From contig OZ316899.1 of NCBI GenBank assembly GCA_973895155.1, forward strand, positions 2,873,455 to 2,937,454: a stretch of DNA of 64,000 nucleotides. Reading direction: 5' to 3'. The DNA comes from Marsupella aquatica (lineage: Eukaryota; Plantae; Marchantiophyta). The position numbers and the translations under genes are program-made. Under the pieces are notes generated by a model that was given only the letters and a program-made list of their open reading frames with translations, searched no databases and was not told the DNA's origin. Of the stretch, positions 11,380-23,907 are shown in pieces. Numbering within the stretch: the first letter of the stretch is position 1; each line of letters starts with the position of its first letter.

Positions 11380-14300
11380 TGTCAAACACTTGTCAAGGAG
11401 CTTAAGGGACTTTTCTCCTAAAAAACTACCTACTACCTGCTCCATGTCATGCCAGGGTCACAAAGGATTGACAAAACTTCTGAAATGTGCTTACAATGTC
11501 TAATCACTCTATACATAAGTAGTTTCAACTCTCCACTTCTAGAGAGGTAGTCATCTTGACTACTTTTGCATTCACACCCTTCCCCTCTCCTCTACTCCAA
11601 GGATCAGCAAGGGGGATCTCCACTCCAAGCTGTCATCTTAGAGTAGATTCTCACCCAAACACCCAAGAATCCAAAGTACTTTCCTCTTCAAGCTTAAGTC
11701 TCCTCAAGACCCTTGAAGTAGTGTTACTCCTCAACCTTGCCCCCCCTAGCGTTGGTTTGGGTTCACACATCCCCTTTGAGCTCTAAAGAAGGCTCCTCTA
11801 TCTAAGGACTCTTCCTCTTGTTCTTACTTCTTGTTAACCCAACACACAAGCAAAGTACTTTCCACCCTCAAGCTATAATCCTTTCTAAGTCTCAAAGTAG
11901 TGCCCTACCTTAACCTTGCCTCCTTGGCCTTGGTTTTGTACTAGCACATCTCCTTTGAGCTTAGACCAAGATTACACCATAGCATGGACTCTTCTCTTGC
12001 TCTCATACACTTCAAATGCACTCACACTTAATGGTCACAATGAATATTGATAAGCCTCCTTTTATTGTATCACCTTTACAACAAAAGTTCACTACACATT
12101 CTCCACACTAAGCATGGACCACCTCTCCCTTCTCAAGCTTAGCCCTACCTTGGCAAGGTAGAGATTCCACTTAAGAGATGAGACTCCTGGTCCCTAATAA
12201 ATGAAAACTTCCTCCTTATATACTATTCTCCTTCCACACCACACCAAGCTTGACCTGGAGTCCAACTACTTCTCCCCCAAGTCCTCATAACACACAAAAT
12301 CCAACTCTACAATTCGTAGCCCACCCTACAACCTATTGTTTGGCCTCCTTCCAAGCCCTGGAATATGCCACACATGAGTTGCATGCTTTGACCTCCAAAC
12401 CTGCTCTCACTTATGGTCCTCCTCACTAGCTTCCCAACCCACTTGAAAGCTTGCAAAAAGAGTGAATGAGTCTCAAGTTGTGCCTAGTCAAAGTTGGCCT
12501 TATTTTACTTGTAACCCCTTTACTACCCTAAGTAAACTACCCCTTATACTTAATTTTCTTAACTTGATGGCCTTACACCTTTGACCAAAGGTACATACCC
12601 TTCCCTAGAGCCTAACTAAAGTAGTATGGTGCAAGAAAAGTCAGCCCCTAAATCTGGTAGTCATTCCCCTATGCCGACTTTGGTTTGCAAGCCATCGGGA
12701 CCCCCTTGTGGCCTTGGCTAAAAATATATTTGAGTGATTCTTTTTATGGGTTTCACCAAGGGGTGCCTTACCTTCCCCTAACTCAGCACAAAAAAATTGG
12801 GCCCCAATAGATACCCCTAGCCAAAGTTATGCCCATTCTCCCAAGGCCTATTTTTGGTGTAAAGTGGGTGTAAGCGGCGACCCTATTACACTTACCTTAC
12901 ATGTCCCTTATGGAGATTCCAGGTGTCACCAGGGGAGAGTACTCTCATCATACTCACGTTTCTTATGAAGAATTTGATAAGGACATCAATTTTTGCAGCC
13001 ATTTTCCTCTCTCTTGAACATCAATTTGAAACTGCATCATTCTCTGTTGGATTCGAATGGCAACAGGTCAATCTACAGCTCAACCAGGTTTGCAGCACCC
13101 TTCTCAGTCCACCTCCATAGCCATCCAGCCTTGCAAGTGATTCAAAATCGCAGCAGAATTTTGCAGCAGCCATAGCCCACCAATTCGCAGTTAGCCCTCT
13201 TAATTCCTTCTTTGCAGCTGATCCGTTTGCTACTACATTCAATCAATTTGCTAGCAGCCTAGCTCTATTCTCCAGCAGCCGGCCATAGCTCACCCTTCTC
13301 AACTTTGTAGCTAGCAGGGCAGCAACACTATTGAGCTTGCAGCATACGTACTAATCCGCCAACACTCAACATCTCGTGCTTGAAGCTAGCCCTTCTAACT
13401 CTGGTGCAGCAATAAGTCTGATCAGCTGCCAGCCCTTCAATTTCATAGCTCACCATAGCTCACAGCCAGCCAACTATCTCTTGATCAGCAGCAGCCTATT
13501 TCTCCATAGCAAGCAGCTCTATTCCAATCAGTAGCATCGAGGCAGCCAGCCAATTCTGATCAGCATCCCATGCTTGAAGCTATAGCAGCTCAATTCAATT
13601 TCGTAGCTGCCTCTTGATCCCAATTCAAAGCAAGCATCTCATGTATTGACCCTTATGGTGTTCCTAACCTTGTGCTTGAGTCACCCCGGCCTCGTGCTTA
13701 AGTCGTGGTCGCCGCCAATGCGGTTGACACTTAGAAAAAAATTCGGATTTTTTTGTTGGGAAAACAGTATTTCCAGGCCGTTTTGGACCGCCCCTTAAAA
13801 TCACACATGAGTCCAAAATGACTTCTGACATATTCTCTGGACACAGGCCTATGTCCTGGTTTACTAATATCTAGACAAAACCTTATCACCAATTTTCTAA
13901 AATTAGGTAAAAAGGGTTAATTATTATGTTTTCCAAAATTCTTCTCACCTTTGAGATGCTCCCAAAAAGTAACCAAAGATACCCAGCTTCTACCACAAGT
14001 TCCTAGGCATAGAGTGGACTATATTTAACCCACTTCCAAACTTGGAAATCCTAAATTTACTCATCATCTATTTTTCCCGGGACCCGCTATTTTGTTAATT
14101 TAAGTCACACTGAAACACAAGGAAACCCTAGGTTGAGACCCCACTTGACATCTAACTTTTTAGGGGTGCTCTAGGGACCTCCTAGCATCTATGGGAAAAA
14201 TCTGAACCAAAACTAAGACTTCAAGTGTCGGGTTGTTTCTCCGGCTCGGAATAGTCGCCTATTCTAAATAAGGATGGAACGTTGTATGCCCCATCATAAA

Positions 14301-14493
14301 GACCTTTCTTATCCCTTGTCACTTGCTTACAACTCAGTAACCTTCAATTCCACTATCTTTCCTATTCTACCTACTTAAGTTCCTAAAACCTAGTTACTCC
14401 GATAGCACTTAAAACATCTTTCTTACTATTCCTTGTTCAAAAAGCAAAAAAATGACAAGTTTCTTACATAAACCTATATCATGCCATTCCACA
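11380..14493. mobile_element. 3.1-kb non-coding insertion, probably a solo LTR
   Basis: TG...CA ends flanked by GGCAA/GGAAA. Removing it restores an open host frame ESVANRDPAEGKE...MGSMKG. Contains a degenerate ~170-bp tandem repeat at ~11670-12005. Confidence 0.6.
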
Positions 14494-16690
14494 GGAAAAC
14501 AGGGACCCAGCTGAAGGGAAAGAGCGAGAAGGCATTACTGCGCAATCGAGGACCATTCATGTCATGGGCTCGATGAAAGGAAACGGTTATGCTTACCGAG
14601 ATGGATACTGGGCTCGAGCAAGTCCGGAGAGCGAGTGTCAGTTGGAAGGAATGGAAGGCAAGGTGCGGGCGCTCATTAATACTGGCTCGGAGATCAACTT
14701 GATGGATCCAAAGGTGTTTCAAGACGGAATTGGCCGGTGGATAATGAGTTGCTTTGGAGTGTGAACTCCGTGAGTTCGATGAAGGACTATCTTTGGGGCG
14801 GATGTCCAAATGTGATGGTGAAGTTCGGGAATGTCAAGCAGGCTTGTAACATTTTGGTTCATGAGCACTTGTCGTTTCCGGTGATACTGGGCATGCTGTT
14901 CATCACTGAATGGAGGATGGAGATGAAGGTTCTGGATGATACTACCTTCATGGTGAAGGTTCGAGGCAAAGATGATAAGGAGGTGGTTCAGTTTCCGGCT
15001 GTTCTACCTGGAAATGAGAGGAACCAAAAGTAGCTGCGAGATCCAACAGCAATAGAAGTTGGCATTGCTATGGGGGAGAACCGAGGTGCTAAGATGGATC
15101 TAAGTGCAGATTTCAAAGGGGAGCCAATTGTGGACCGAAAGATGGGGAGTCTAGTGTTCAAGGAAGAGTGTTACTCAGGAGAGCTACTGGACATTGGGAA
15201 GTATTTGAGTGACTTTGGGAAGCGGCTGAAACGGGATGGTGAAGAGTTTGAAGACATTTGAGTGAGTTCTGATAAGTTCATTCTTAGAGAGGGCTACCTT
15301 TGGCGGAAACCTAAGGGCCCCATGCTAGTACCAATGAGAGTTGTCGATTCTAAGGATGAGCAAAAGCTGATTTTGGAGGAAGTCTATGATGCTGAGGCCA
15401 AAGGTGGTTCGAAAGGAATCAGGGCGAAGGTCTGTGAGCAGATCCAAAAGGAGTATTGGTGGCCAGGTTTATACTTGGCCGTTCGAGACTATGTCAAAAC
15501 TTGCAAGGTTTGCCAGTTTTACTCGAGGATCCGACATAGGGATGGATTGGTTCTGACTTACCCCGTGGCTCTACACTTTCAATGGGCTGTTGATGTGGTG
15601 TACATGCCGAGGGAGAGCAATGGGGCGAGATACTTGGTTTTGGCGAGAGAAGACTTGTCTTCTTATGTGGAAGGGAGAGCATTGGTTTCAAACACTACTG
15701 CTGCCATTTGCCAGTTCATACTTGAGGATATCATTGCAAGGCATGGATGCTTTACAAGGATCAGAGCTGATAGGGGGGAGCTCAGCTCCAAGGAAGCATA
15801 AGTTTTTTGACCAATACTGCATCAAACTGAAGCTGACTTTGAGTTACAATCCGGAAGGCAATGGGAAATCTGAAAGGGGGCACATTTAGATTGTGAGCGC
15901 TCTGGCTAAGGCTTGTGATGGGGACTTGGGCAGGTGGTCGAGTCTCCTTCCACTTGCTCTATTAGCGGATCGGATGACTTGTAGCTCAGTGACCGGATAC
16001 GTTCCGGCTGAGCTACTTACTGGGCACTTGCCGATGATGCCACTCGAGGAAGATGTTTGCAGCTGGCGACTGATTGGATGGAAAAATGAAGTTTCAAGAG
16101 AGGAGTTGCTGGTTTGAAGGATCGAACACTTCAACTTGTTACTTGCAAAGATTGAGGTGGCTCGGAAGCAATTGAAGATGGCGAGGTTAAGGAACAAGGG
16201 CAGGTTTGACAGGACTCATCGGTTGAGGCCTGTCTTGGTTAAGGAAGGGGATTGGGTTCTGGTTTACAAAAGTAAGTTGGATGAGCAACACTTGAGCCAA
16301 AACAAGTTTGCTTGGAGGTGGCAAGGTCCGTATGTGATGGTTGCTATTCATGCAAATGCGACCTACACTATTCGGGAGTTGGATGGAACAATTCACCTAG
16401 TACCTTACGCAGGGAAAAGGGTGAAGATCTTCAAGAGGAGGACCAAGAAGGGAATGGACTCAAGTTCCAACTTGAGTGAATTTGAAGACGAGGCACTGGT
16501 CCAGGCGCATCCAATGGACTTGAGTTTCGAAAGTGGCTTGACCGGTTCTGATTCGGATGAGTTGGACTTCAAGTTTCTGGAAAGTGGAGTGCCTAAGGCC
16601 GAGTCTGAAGGCTTTGGGTTTGAGTTTCTTGAGGAGGAAGTGGTCCAGGCGCATGGCTCAAATTCGGACTCAGACTTAGAGGAAATCTGA
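14494..16690 (+). pseudogene. Gypsy B protease directly followed by integrase
   Basis: VRALINTGSEINL (protease), then EYWWPGL...CKVCQ, QWAVDVVYMP, RIRADRGE, YNPEGNGKSERGH and GDWVLVY...WQGPY. No RT or RH motif between 15033 and 15262. Confidence 0.85.
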
Positions 16691-16735
16691 TGGATTGGAG
16701 CAGATTGGAGGCTGCTCAGGTTTACTGGGGGAGAA

Positions 16736-17443
16736 TGTCGTGCCGAAAGATTTTGGCTCAGGAATGGCTTTTATAGGGGATGATGGGCAAAGCCTCCTGG
16801 TTGGGTTGCGTGCATGGTGACTCAGAGGGGCTGCTTGGTTGGATGGATTGAGGTTTGGTGATTGGGTGACTCGTCGTCACCAGGTTTGGTGTTTGGGTGA
16901 GTCACCAGGCTTGGAGTTTGGATGAGCCTCGACTTATTGAGGTTGGCGGTTGTCTATTGAGATCTGTTGAGTTGCGTTCTGTGAGTTCCGCTTCGTTCTA
17001 CGGAACTCGACTGTTGTGCGGCGGTTTTGGAGTTTTGTGCGAGTGTTGGATCCAGGTGTGGAGTTTTGGATCCAGGTGTGGATTTCCCAAGTTTGGAACC
17101 TCGTTGGTCCAGGCCCGAGTTTCGTGTGAGATGTTTTAGACTAGTGGAGTAGTTAGTCAAGCTTTGGTTTTGTGAGCTAAGGAGGAGAGTTTTCCGTCAG
17201 ATTTTGAGTAGATAGTCACTCAAGGAGTTGAGCTTGACAAGTTAGAGGTAGCGGCCCGCTATAGGGCCAACTACTAGACTCTTGCGGGCAAGCTTACTTG
17301 AGGGCACCCATTGTAACCTTTGTGAGAAAAGTTAAAAAAAAAGGAGTGAGAGTTCGCTCCAAAAAGTGTTTGTCGCCTGTCCCAATCGCAGCCAAAAATG
17401 CGCAGTTTTCCCGAGGAGCCCCTAACTTTAAGTCCTCGTGACA
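16736..17443 (+). repeat. 3' LTR of gypsy B
   Basis: Starts TGTCGTGCCG, ends GTCCTCGTGACA, preceded by a polypurine tract. Confidence 0.95.
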
Positions 17444-17447
17444 GCAT

Positions 17448-17845
17448 TTGAGAACCTAGCATCAGACGATTTCATTCTAGAGACTACGTGTATTTGCAAC
17501 ATACAACACCTACTACTTTGGATGTTACTACTGGACATACTATTATGTGAGTGCAGAAGGTTTTTCCATCAGGCATCCTGGTTTTAGAAGGTTGTCATGG
17601 TATGGTTTGGAAGGATCATGTGCGCAATTGTGCACTTTGTCACCTTCCAAACATTGATGATAACATAGATCCTAGTCTAGCAGTGGTACCTGCAGGCTTA
17701 CAGTGTATGTTGTGTGGATTCGCCCGAGGAGTTGCAACCATGTTGATTTGTGATGGTTTCTCAAGAGGTTAACACTTGGCGTGTTTGATGCCACCTCTTG
17801 ATTCAGTCCTTGAAGGATGGTGGTTGTGTCCCAATTGTAGATAGA
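17448..17845 (+). pseudogene. Gypsy A integrase C-terminus ending in a PHD finger
   Basis: CMLC...MLICDGFSRG*HLACLMPPLDSVLEGWWLCPNCR* (~17704-17845) fits the C4HC3 PHD pattern, with one Cys changed to Phe and a stop in place of the usual aromatic residue before His. Confidence 0.8.
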
Positions 17846-18018
17846 GATTGGATTTAGTTAGCATAAAACTTATTAGGTAGTATAGAGTGTAGGCAGGCGA
17901 TTAACAATGGGGCTCCTTTGCACCCGGCCTCTTGATCTGTGCACCACATGAAATATACTTCCTTTTAGTTTTAGGGCTAGCTATAGTTAGCAGGACCTAA
18001 CCACCAGCTAGGGGGGCA

Positions 18019-18500
18019 GTTATGGATTTTGGTGTATATGTGTTGTGTGTTGTGTGATTATCTTTTTCTTGTTTTCATGGTGTGCCGCGATGTGAGTTGT
18101 GTTTGAATGTGTGTCCGCACGATAGCTGTCACTCCATGTTGTATTTTGGTTGCAACTTTGTTGAGGGTTTAGGGTTTACACATGTTGTGTTGTGGGTTTG
18201 GGAGGATGACCTAGGGTTTAGGTTTAGGGTTTAGGGTCACTTGGTAGGTATGATCTATTCACCCAGGTTACCATGCGCTTGGTGCTATGGGGTATACCTT
18301 GGAGAATGAGAATTAGCTCCTCATTCTTCCAAGTTGAGTCTCTTAGCACTAGTAGAGCTTGTGTAAGTGTGGCTATGGTGTGTGAGAGAGAGAGTGTATA
18401 CCGGTTGGCATGTGAAGCAACATTAGTAGGGTTTTGCTATGTGTATAGACTTGGAGTCCCACATGGCTAACGGGTGAGTTTGGCTTGACTTATTGATACC
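18019..18500 (+). repeat. 3' LTR of gypsy A (end approximate)
   Basis: Follows the PPT. Its first ~105 bp recur at 18530-18634 starting TGTTATGG. Contains short TTTAGGG runs. Confidence 0.6.
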
Positions 18501-18628
18501 TTGCAGCGGGATCCCATTTTGCACGAGATTGTTATGGATTTTGGCGTATATGTGTTGTGTGTCATGTGATTGTTTTTTTCTTGTTTACATGATGTGCCAT
18601 GATGTGAGTTGTGTATGGATGTGTGTCC

Positions 18629-18748
18629 GCATGACAAGACCCTGTTGGATCAACACATTGGTCACCTTCCGAGTCCAAAGGCTGAAGCTGACCTTCCGTC
18701 AAACTTCTCCACCTCAAACTTTAGCGCCACAAGCTTTCGAGAAGTCAT
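18629..18748 (-). pseudogene. Ty1/copia gag N-terminal fragment
   Basis: MTSRKLVALKFEVEKFDGRS/FSLWTRKVTNVLIQQGL with one frameshift. This matches the typical copia gag start KFExEKFDG..F.LW..K...L.QQGL. Truncated at a GCATGA junction. Confidence 0.7.
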
Positions 18749-20103
18749 GGATGCTACCACAAACAGTGGTGGACCTAGCCACCCAGCGCCCTCACCAATC
18801 CCAACACTCACGCCTAAGTGCCCCTGGTGCCCGAACGCCTCCACAGAATACCTTGAGCAAGCACCCTAGTGCCCCTTGCACCGCAAGCGGCCCCTCCCAT
18901 ACAAAGCCGCACTTTCTCTCCAACACGACCGCTACTCAACGGTCTTCACTATCTGCACAAGCAACCAAGCACCTCGGTAAGTAACCCTTCAGGATCTAGA
19001 ACTTGCCAAGTCTAGCATCCTAACTCAAGCTCAACAGACATTGGTAAATAGGTCAACGATAGGTCCTCCCGATGCCATAAGCCAGAACCAGAACCCACGC
19101 CCACTGTTTGTCTAGAATAGCTCCTTCCTTGGGCGCGGCCCGGGTTCCCCCTCATACCTATCCATCACCAACTGACCGCCTTGACGGAGCTGTTGCACTT
19201 GACACAAAGGTTTTTTTGATGTGCTTGATTGATTGTCTTGGGCTTTAGGATTAGATGTGGTGGACCATTTGGATCTCTCCTGGTTGACGAAGAGTTTTTT
19301 TCACAAGGGAGTTACTCTTAAATAGCTGGATGCAACTCACTATTGCTTTTACGGGGTCGCTGATCAGGTTTAGGGTTGACACGGCCACAAGCACTTGCTT
19401 GTGGAATCGTAAGAACGCTGCTACTGTTCCGCTACATTGGAGGAGGCCACACTTACATCTTTTTACTGATTCCATCAATCTTGCGCGATCAGGAAAGGCT
19501 AACTCAACGGTAGGGAATGGAGGGAATCTCATGCATGGCACTGTAGCATGCTGGGCCATGACGACGATTACCCGTGGATCATTGTGCAGCTTTGTCTCTC
19601 CCTAATCAAATGAGTGTGAACGAGGTAAGGTCGATCATCGTTGAAGCGTGATTCATTCTCAGCTTAGGGGTGAAACATATTGAAAGAAACAGCGACGAAG
19701 GGCGGTGAGTGCAGAGCAAAAGGAGAAGAAGGTTACTGAGGTGGGTCATCCTTGGGAATTAAGATTAGACTGGAACGTTTAGGAAGAGAACGGGAGGATT
19801 GACGGGAGGCCTTTCTGAATGCAATCTGCAAGCAGGGATTTGAGGAAGCTATAGGGACTAAAGCAAAAGTGGGACAATGAGGGAGGGAGGAAGTGGGGTG
19901 GGCTGCAAGGTTGTCCGGAAATGGCGATTGCGCAAGAGTGCCAGGATGGAGGACTGGTTATCCTTAGGCAATAATGTAGGGCAGGACAACCGAATCTAAG
20001 CAACCACAACTGCGGGATTTCATCGGGATTTTATTGGAAGCAAGCACCAAAGACGGGGAGAAACATAGGGGTGGCAGGGATGTGAAGAACTGCACTATAC
20101 AAG

Positions 20104-22229
20104 GTGAGATTCTCTTTAGCAGCTGTAACTCCCCCTTTTGGAATATCTCTGGGACTAGAGATGTCTCTGAGAGGTAAGGCACCTATGCGCAATGAGCCTG
20201 AGGAGGGGCGGAGTGAGGAGGGACATCAACAGGTGCTTCCTATGATGGAACCTGATAGATTCAGCCGTCAGGATTTTTGTAGCTTGTCGTTTCCTAGGGT
20301 TGGCCGTGGATTTGATCGCAGGCGGGTAAATATACAGCAACCCTTTGACTTATTCGCAAATTTGGAGAGGGTGCGTAAGAAGCTTCAGGAACCAAGGGAG
20401 ACTCTGAATGGCCAAGACCAAGCTCTGGCCGGGACTGATGCAACGCAACATCAAAAAGAGGAACGCCAAAAATTGGCACTTCAGAAGGTAGCGCTGCCTG
20501 ATCCGCAGAACGGGGCATCACCACTTATTGAGGCTAGAACGATAGACTCGGAACAAGAGGGGAGAAAAATGGCAAATACAAACAAGATGGAATAGGAGGA
20601 GGTGGTAGTAATTGAGGAATGCATAAGCATTCTAAAAGAAGTAGCGGCTAATTCCAAAGGCGACTAGAGCACGAAGCTGTACACATCGGTCGAATGGAAT
20701 CTGGGGGAGGCAGCAAATAATGCTCGACAACTGTACAGTTGTGGTATGCTATGCTATTTTACAGATTGGACCCCAATGTTACCAATGTTCTGTGCTTGGG
20801 TCATGGATGTTATGGTGGAGGAGTGCATTCTGGTCTGTGCTTCAAGTCAAATTTGTGGGGAAGAGCTTTTATTTGGTGGTATTTGAAAACGCTGATCACA
20901 GGGACCTTGCACTGGTTTCTGCCCCGTGGTTTCTAGAATGAAAATTGGTCTACACCTTTCCCTGGGATCCATCATTTGATATACAAACTGAGAAGTTTAC
21001 CAAGCTGCCGGTATGGATCAAGCTCCCTTTCAGGGCACTGATTTTGGAAGGATGCAGAATGAAGATAGCGGAATCACTGGGAAAATTGTTGCATTATATA
21101 CAAGGGGATGACTACAGCTCCTACCCGCATGACCAAGCCTGTATATTGTGGGATACGGAACGTGAGGCGCCTCAGAGTGCTAGGGTGGTGATCTGGGAGG
21201 ACATTGTCATCTGGCAACCGATCTTGTTCAAGAACATCCCCTACCGCTGCTTTAGATGCAACAAAAAGGGGCACCTAGCCAGAGAATGCAGAGAGGGGAG
21301 GGATGTGGCTGCAGAGGCGGATCTTGAGAATAACAATGAAGACCTAGTAGGCACCCTCAAGGAACTGGATTCAGTTGCCAAAGGAGATCTAGAAGAAGTG
21401 CTAAGAAAGCAACTTGCCATGAACCTACGAGTGAGGCTGGGAGCAGTGACAAATGCTCACATAGAAGAGGATACGGTAGCAGCAGACATTGGAGCGATTG
21501 AATCACTAGTTCGTGAGGAAGTGATTCCTTTGCTGCCTGACCTGGGAGAGGCAATGGCAGGGCTGCGGGAGGAACAAGCTGGGCCAGGGGAGGATTTGCG
21601 TGCAGATGCTGTGGAGGCAGATACCACATTGCAGCCGGGATGTGCAACCTTTAGAAGGGTTACCGCCCCTGATACAGCCTAATCTGGTACCCTCTAGGCT
21701 GGATGCTGAGGCACGCTGCTTTGACCTTGTGGGATTGGAGATGGTCCCCGTGGAGACGGGAGCCTGCGCTGGCTCTCCCAAGGAGCCATTGGAGCTGGAG
21801 GCTTTTTCATATCACGGTGATACGAACACGGACATGTCTGAATATGAAGTGTATGTGTCTAACAAGGGAAAGGAAAGAGCATGGAAGCTTGATAAGCAAG
21901 CGCCGTCTGCACCTAAGAGGGACAAGACAGTGCATGACTCCAAAAAGCAACGATCTCTGCAGTTCTCTCATGGTGAATTGCCTGATGCAGGGACGGGAGC
22001 TAAGAGAGGGTGGGCCGGGAGGGGGGAGGCCGGGAGGGGGGAGGGATCAACAATTGACACTGCTGCTGTACCAAGCAAAGACAGACCGACTGAACTTTGG
22101 GACTCCTCTTTGCAAATTGTGGATTCCAAAGTGGAGGAGACAGGGGAGATTGTTGTTGTCACACCCAGGCATTGTCGGTCTGGGAGTGTGGGTTCTGGCA
22201 CCTCCTTAGGAGGTAGGATGCGCATATAA
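20104..22229 (+). pseudogene. LINE-2 ORF1 (DUF4283-like region and CCHC knuckle), disrupted
   Basis: VYTFPWDPSF...KLPVWIKLP...GKLLHY...CFRCNKKGHLAREC. Stops and frameshifts present. Confidence 0.75.
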
Positions 22230-23907
22230 CGGCTGCCAACGTGGGAAGGGAGAGGAGGAGATAAGGGGCAGAATGCTGAGAGTTGTGTCGTGGAATGTCC
22301 GTGGGCTATGCGAGCCCAACAGGAAGAACGCTGTGAAGAATTGGCTTGCATCAAGGAAAGAGCTGATAAAAATCATTGCACTACAAGAAATCAAGGCAAA
22401 TCAGTGAGGCTCGATATGGCACTACGAGTCATTATGCCTTCATATTTGAGCTTCACTTCGGCACCAGACAAGGGCAGGGGGGAACTGCCTTACTCATCCA
22501 CCCGGCTCTCAGGTTGATTTTGTCAGGAACTGTGGAACTGGGAAGAGCAGTATGGGTGTTGGTAGAGTATGAGAATTGTACTTTTGGAATTTTGAGTGTG
22601 TATGCACCGAACTCTTCACGTCAAAGGGCTACATTGTGGCACAAACTTAAGGTGCAGCTACCGCAAGCCAACTGGTTGATATGTGGCAATTTCAATATGA
22701 CAGAACTTAGGGAAGATTCAACTGGCAATTCACCACTGATCAAGGGTAGAGAAGCGGAGTTTTGGCGATTCTTGAAAGTTTGGCTGAATCTGGTGGATGC
22801 TTGGCTTCTAAAGGGGGAGGCGAGGGGGGCACAATTCACCTGGCGCAGGAACTGGAATGGAATTATGGTACAATCGTTGCTAGATCGGTTCTATTTTAGC
22901 GATAACGGTGGGTGGATTCACGAATTGTTGGATTTGGAGCACGATGGGGGTTCAGCACTTTCTGATCATGACCCAATTGCTCTCTATATACAAATGACGG
23001 AGGAGCGGACTGAAGGATTCATCGGGGTGAGGAGGGCCCTGTTCAAGGCCAACCCAGCTATTGTCAGGATGGAAGGAATGGTGGAGATCCTAAAAGCGAC
23101 ATGGATTGAGGGAAAAGGGGACTGCACTGAACCCATACGCGCATTTGATAAGGCTAGCTGGAGTACGAGGCGGGATATATATTGAGAGACAAGCGTTGCC
23201 CAAGAAGAGGGAGGAAGAACTGCTACTACTGCGTAATCAACTAAGAGTGTAGAAAACGGCAATCCTGGATGAATATACGGATGAAGAGCTGAGAGACTAC
23301 ATTGATACGGAAGATCAGTTACATGCTACTGAACTAGAAGAGGCACACAGAGGAAGAAGGCTAGCCAGGATTAAGTGGTTAGGTGAGGGAGAGGAGCCAT
23401 CACGCTTTTACTTTGCCACTGTTAAGGCTAAACGAGAGAGGGAGGCAATGAAGAGCTTAACTCTAGAAGGAGGAGACGCGATCACTGACCCGGGGATGAT
23501 CTTGAGGGAAGTTGAGAAGACGTGCCAAGAACTTTATGCACCAAGGGCGCCAACCAGTGGAGAGAGGGTGGAGATGCTGAACAAAAGAGGGAAGCTTCTA
23601 GCACACACGAGGTGTGCTCTTACGATAGCAGAGATTACTATGTTGGAAGGGATGCCATCAAACAAGGAAATAAAAGAAGTAATGTGGATGCTGCCTAAGG
23701 ACAAGGCTCCTGGACCGGATGGGATCACGGTGGAAGTATACCAGGCATGTTGGGAGTTTATGCAAGATGACCTGGTAGCAATGGTGCAAGAATTTTGGTT
23801 GACAGGTAACCTGGCAGCGGGGCTCAAAGAAGGAATGATCAAATTTATCCCAAAGAAGCCTGACAAGAGATTTCTGAGGGATTGGAGACCACTTACAATG
23901 CTGAACA

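Larger units (their letters stand above)
5698..17443 (+). mobile_element. Ty3/gypsy LTR retrotransposon B (gag-PR-IN, no RT/RH), with nested insertions
   Basis: Paired LTRs TGTCG...GACA (5698-6472 and 16736-17443), PBS at 6474, PPT GGGGGAGAA before 16736, flanks GCGT/GCAT. Confidence 0.93.
1104..18500 (+). mobile_element. Decayed Ty3/gypsy LTR retrotransposon A (PR - C5-DNMT - RT - RH - IN - PHD), interrupted by element B at 5698-17443
   Basis: Motifs in order: protease VLLDSDA (~1245), RT FSTLDLKAGYHQL and YIDD (3752-3763), RNase H, integrase WSLDFAG and HPKADGLIER. Sequence resumes after element B (ATG-GCAT-TTGAG restores MAFEN). PPT AGGGGGGCAG at 18010-18019. Many stops and frameshifts. 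Confidence 0.9.

Noticed and set aside
11391-14457. Alternative TGTCA...TGACA boundaries for the 3.1-kb insertion
   Set aside because: The flanks ACACT/AGTTT do not form a TSD, whereas 11380-14493 gives a near-TSD and restores the frame.
18165-18237. Telomere or interstitial telomeric array
   Set aside because: Only a few TTTAGGG units, embedded in an LTR.
19251-19559. Protein-like antisense ORF in the LINE-2 5' region (possible ORF0)
   Set aside because: Short, no recognisable motif and no second copy to test conservation.
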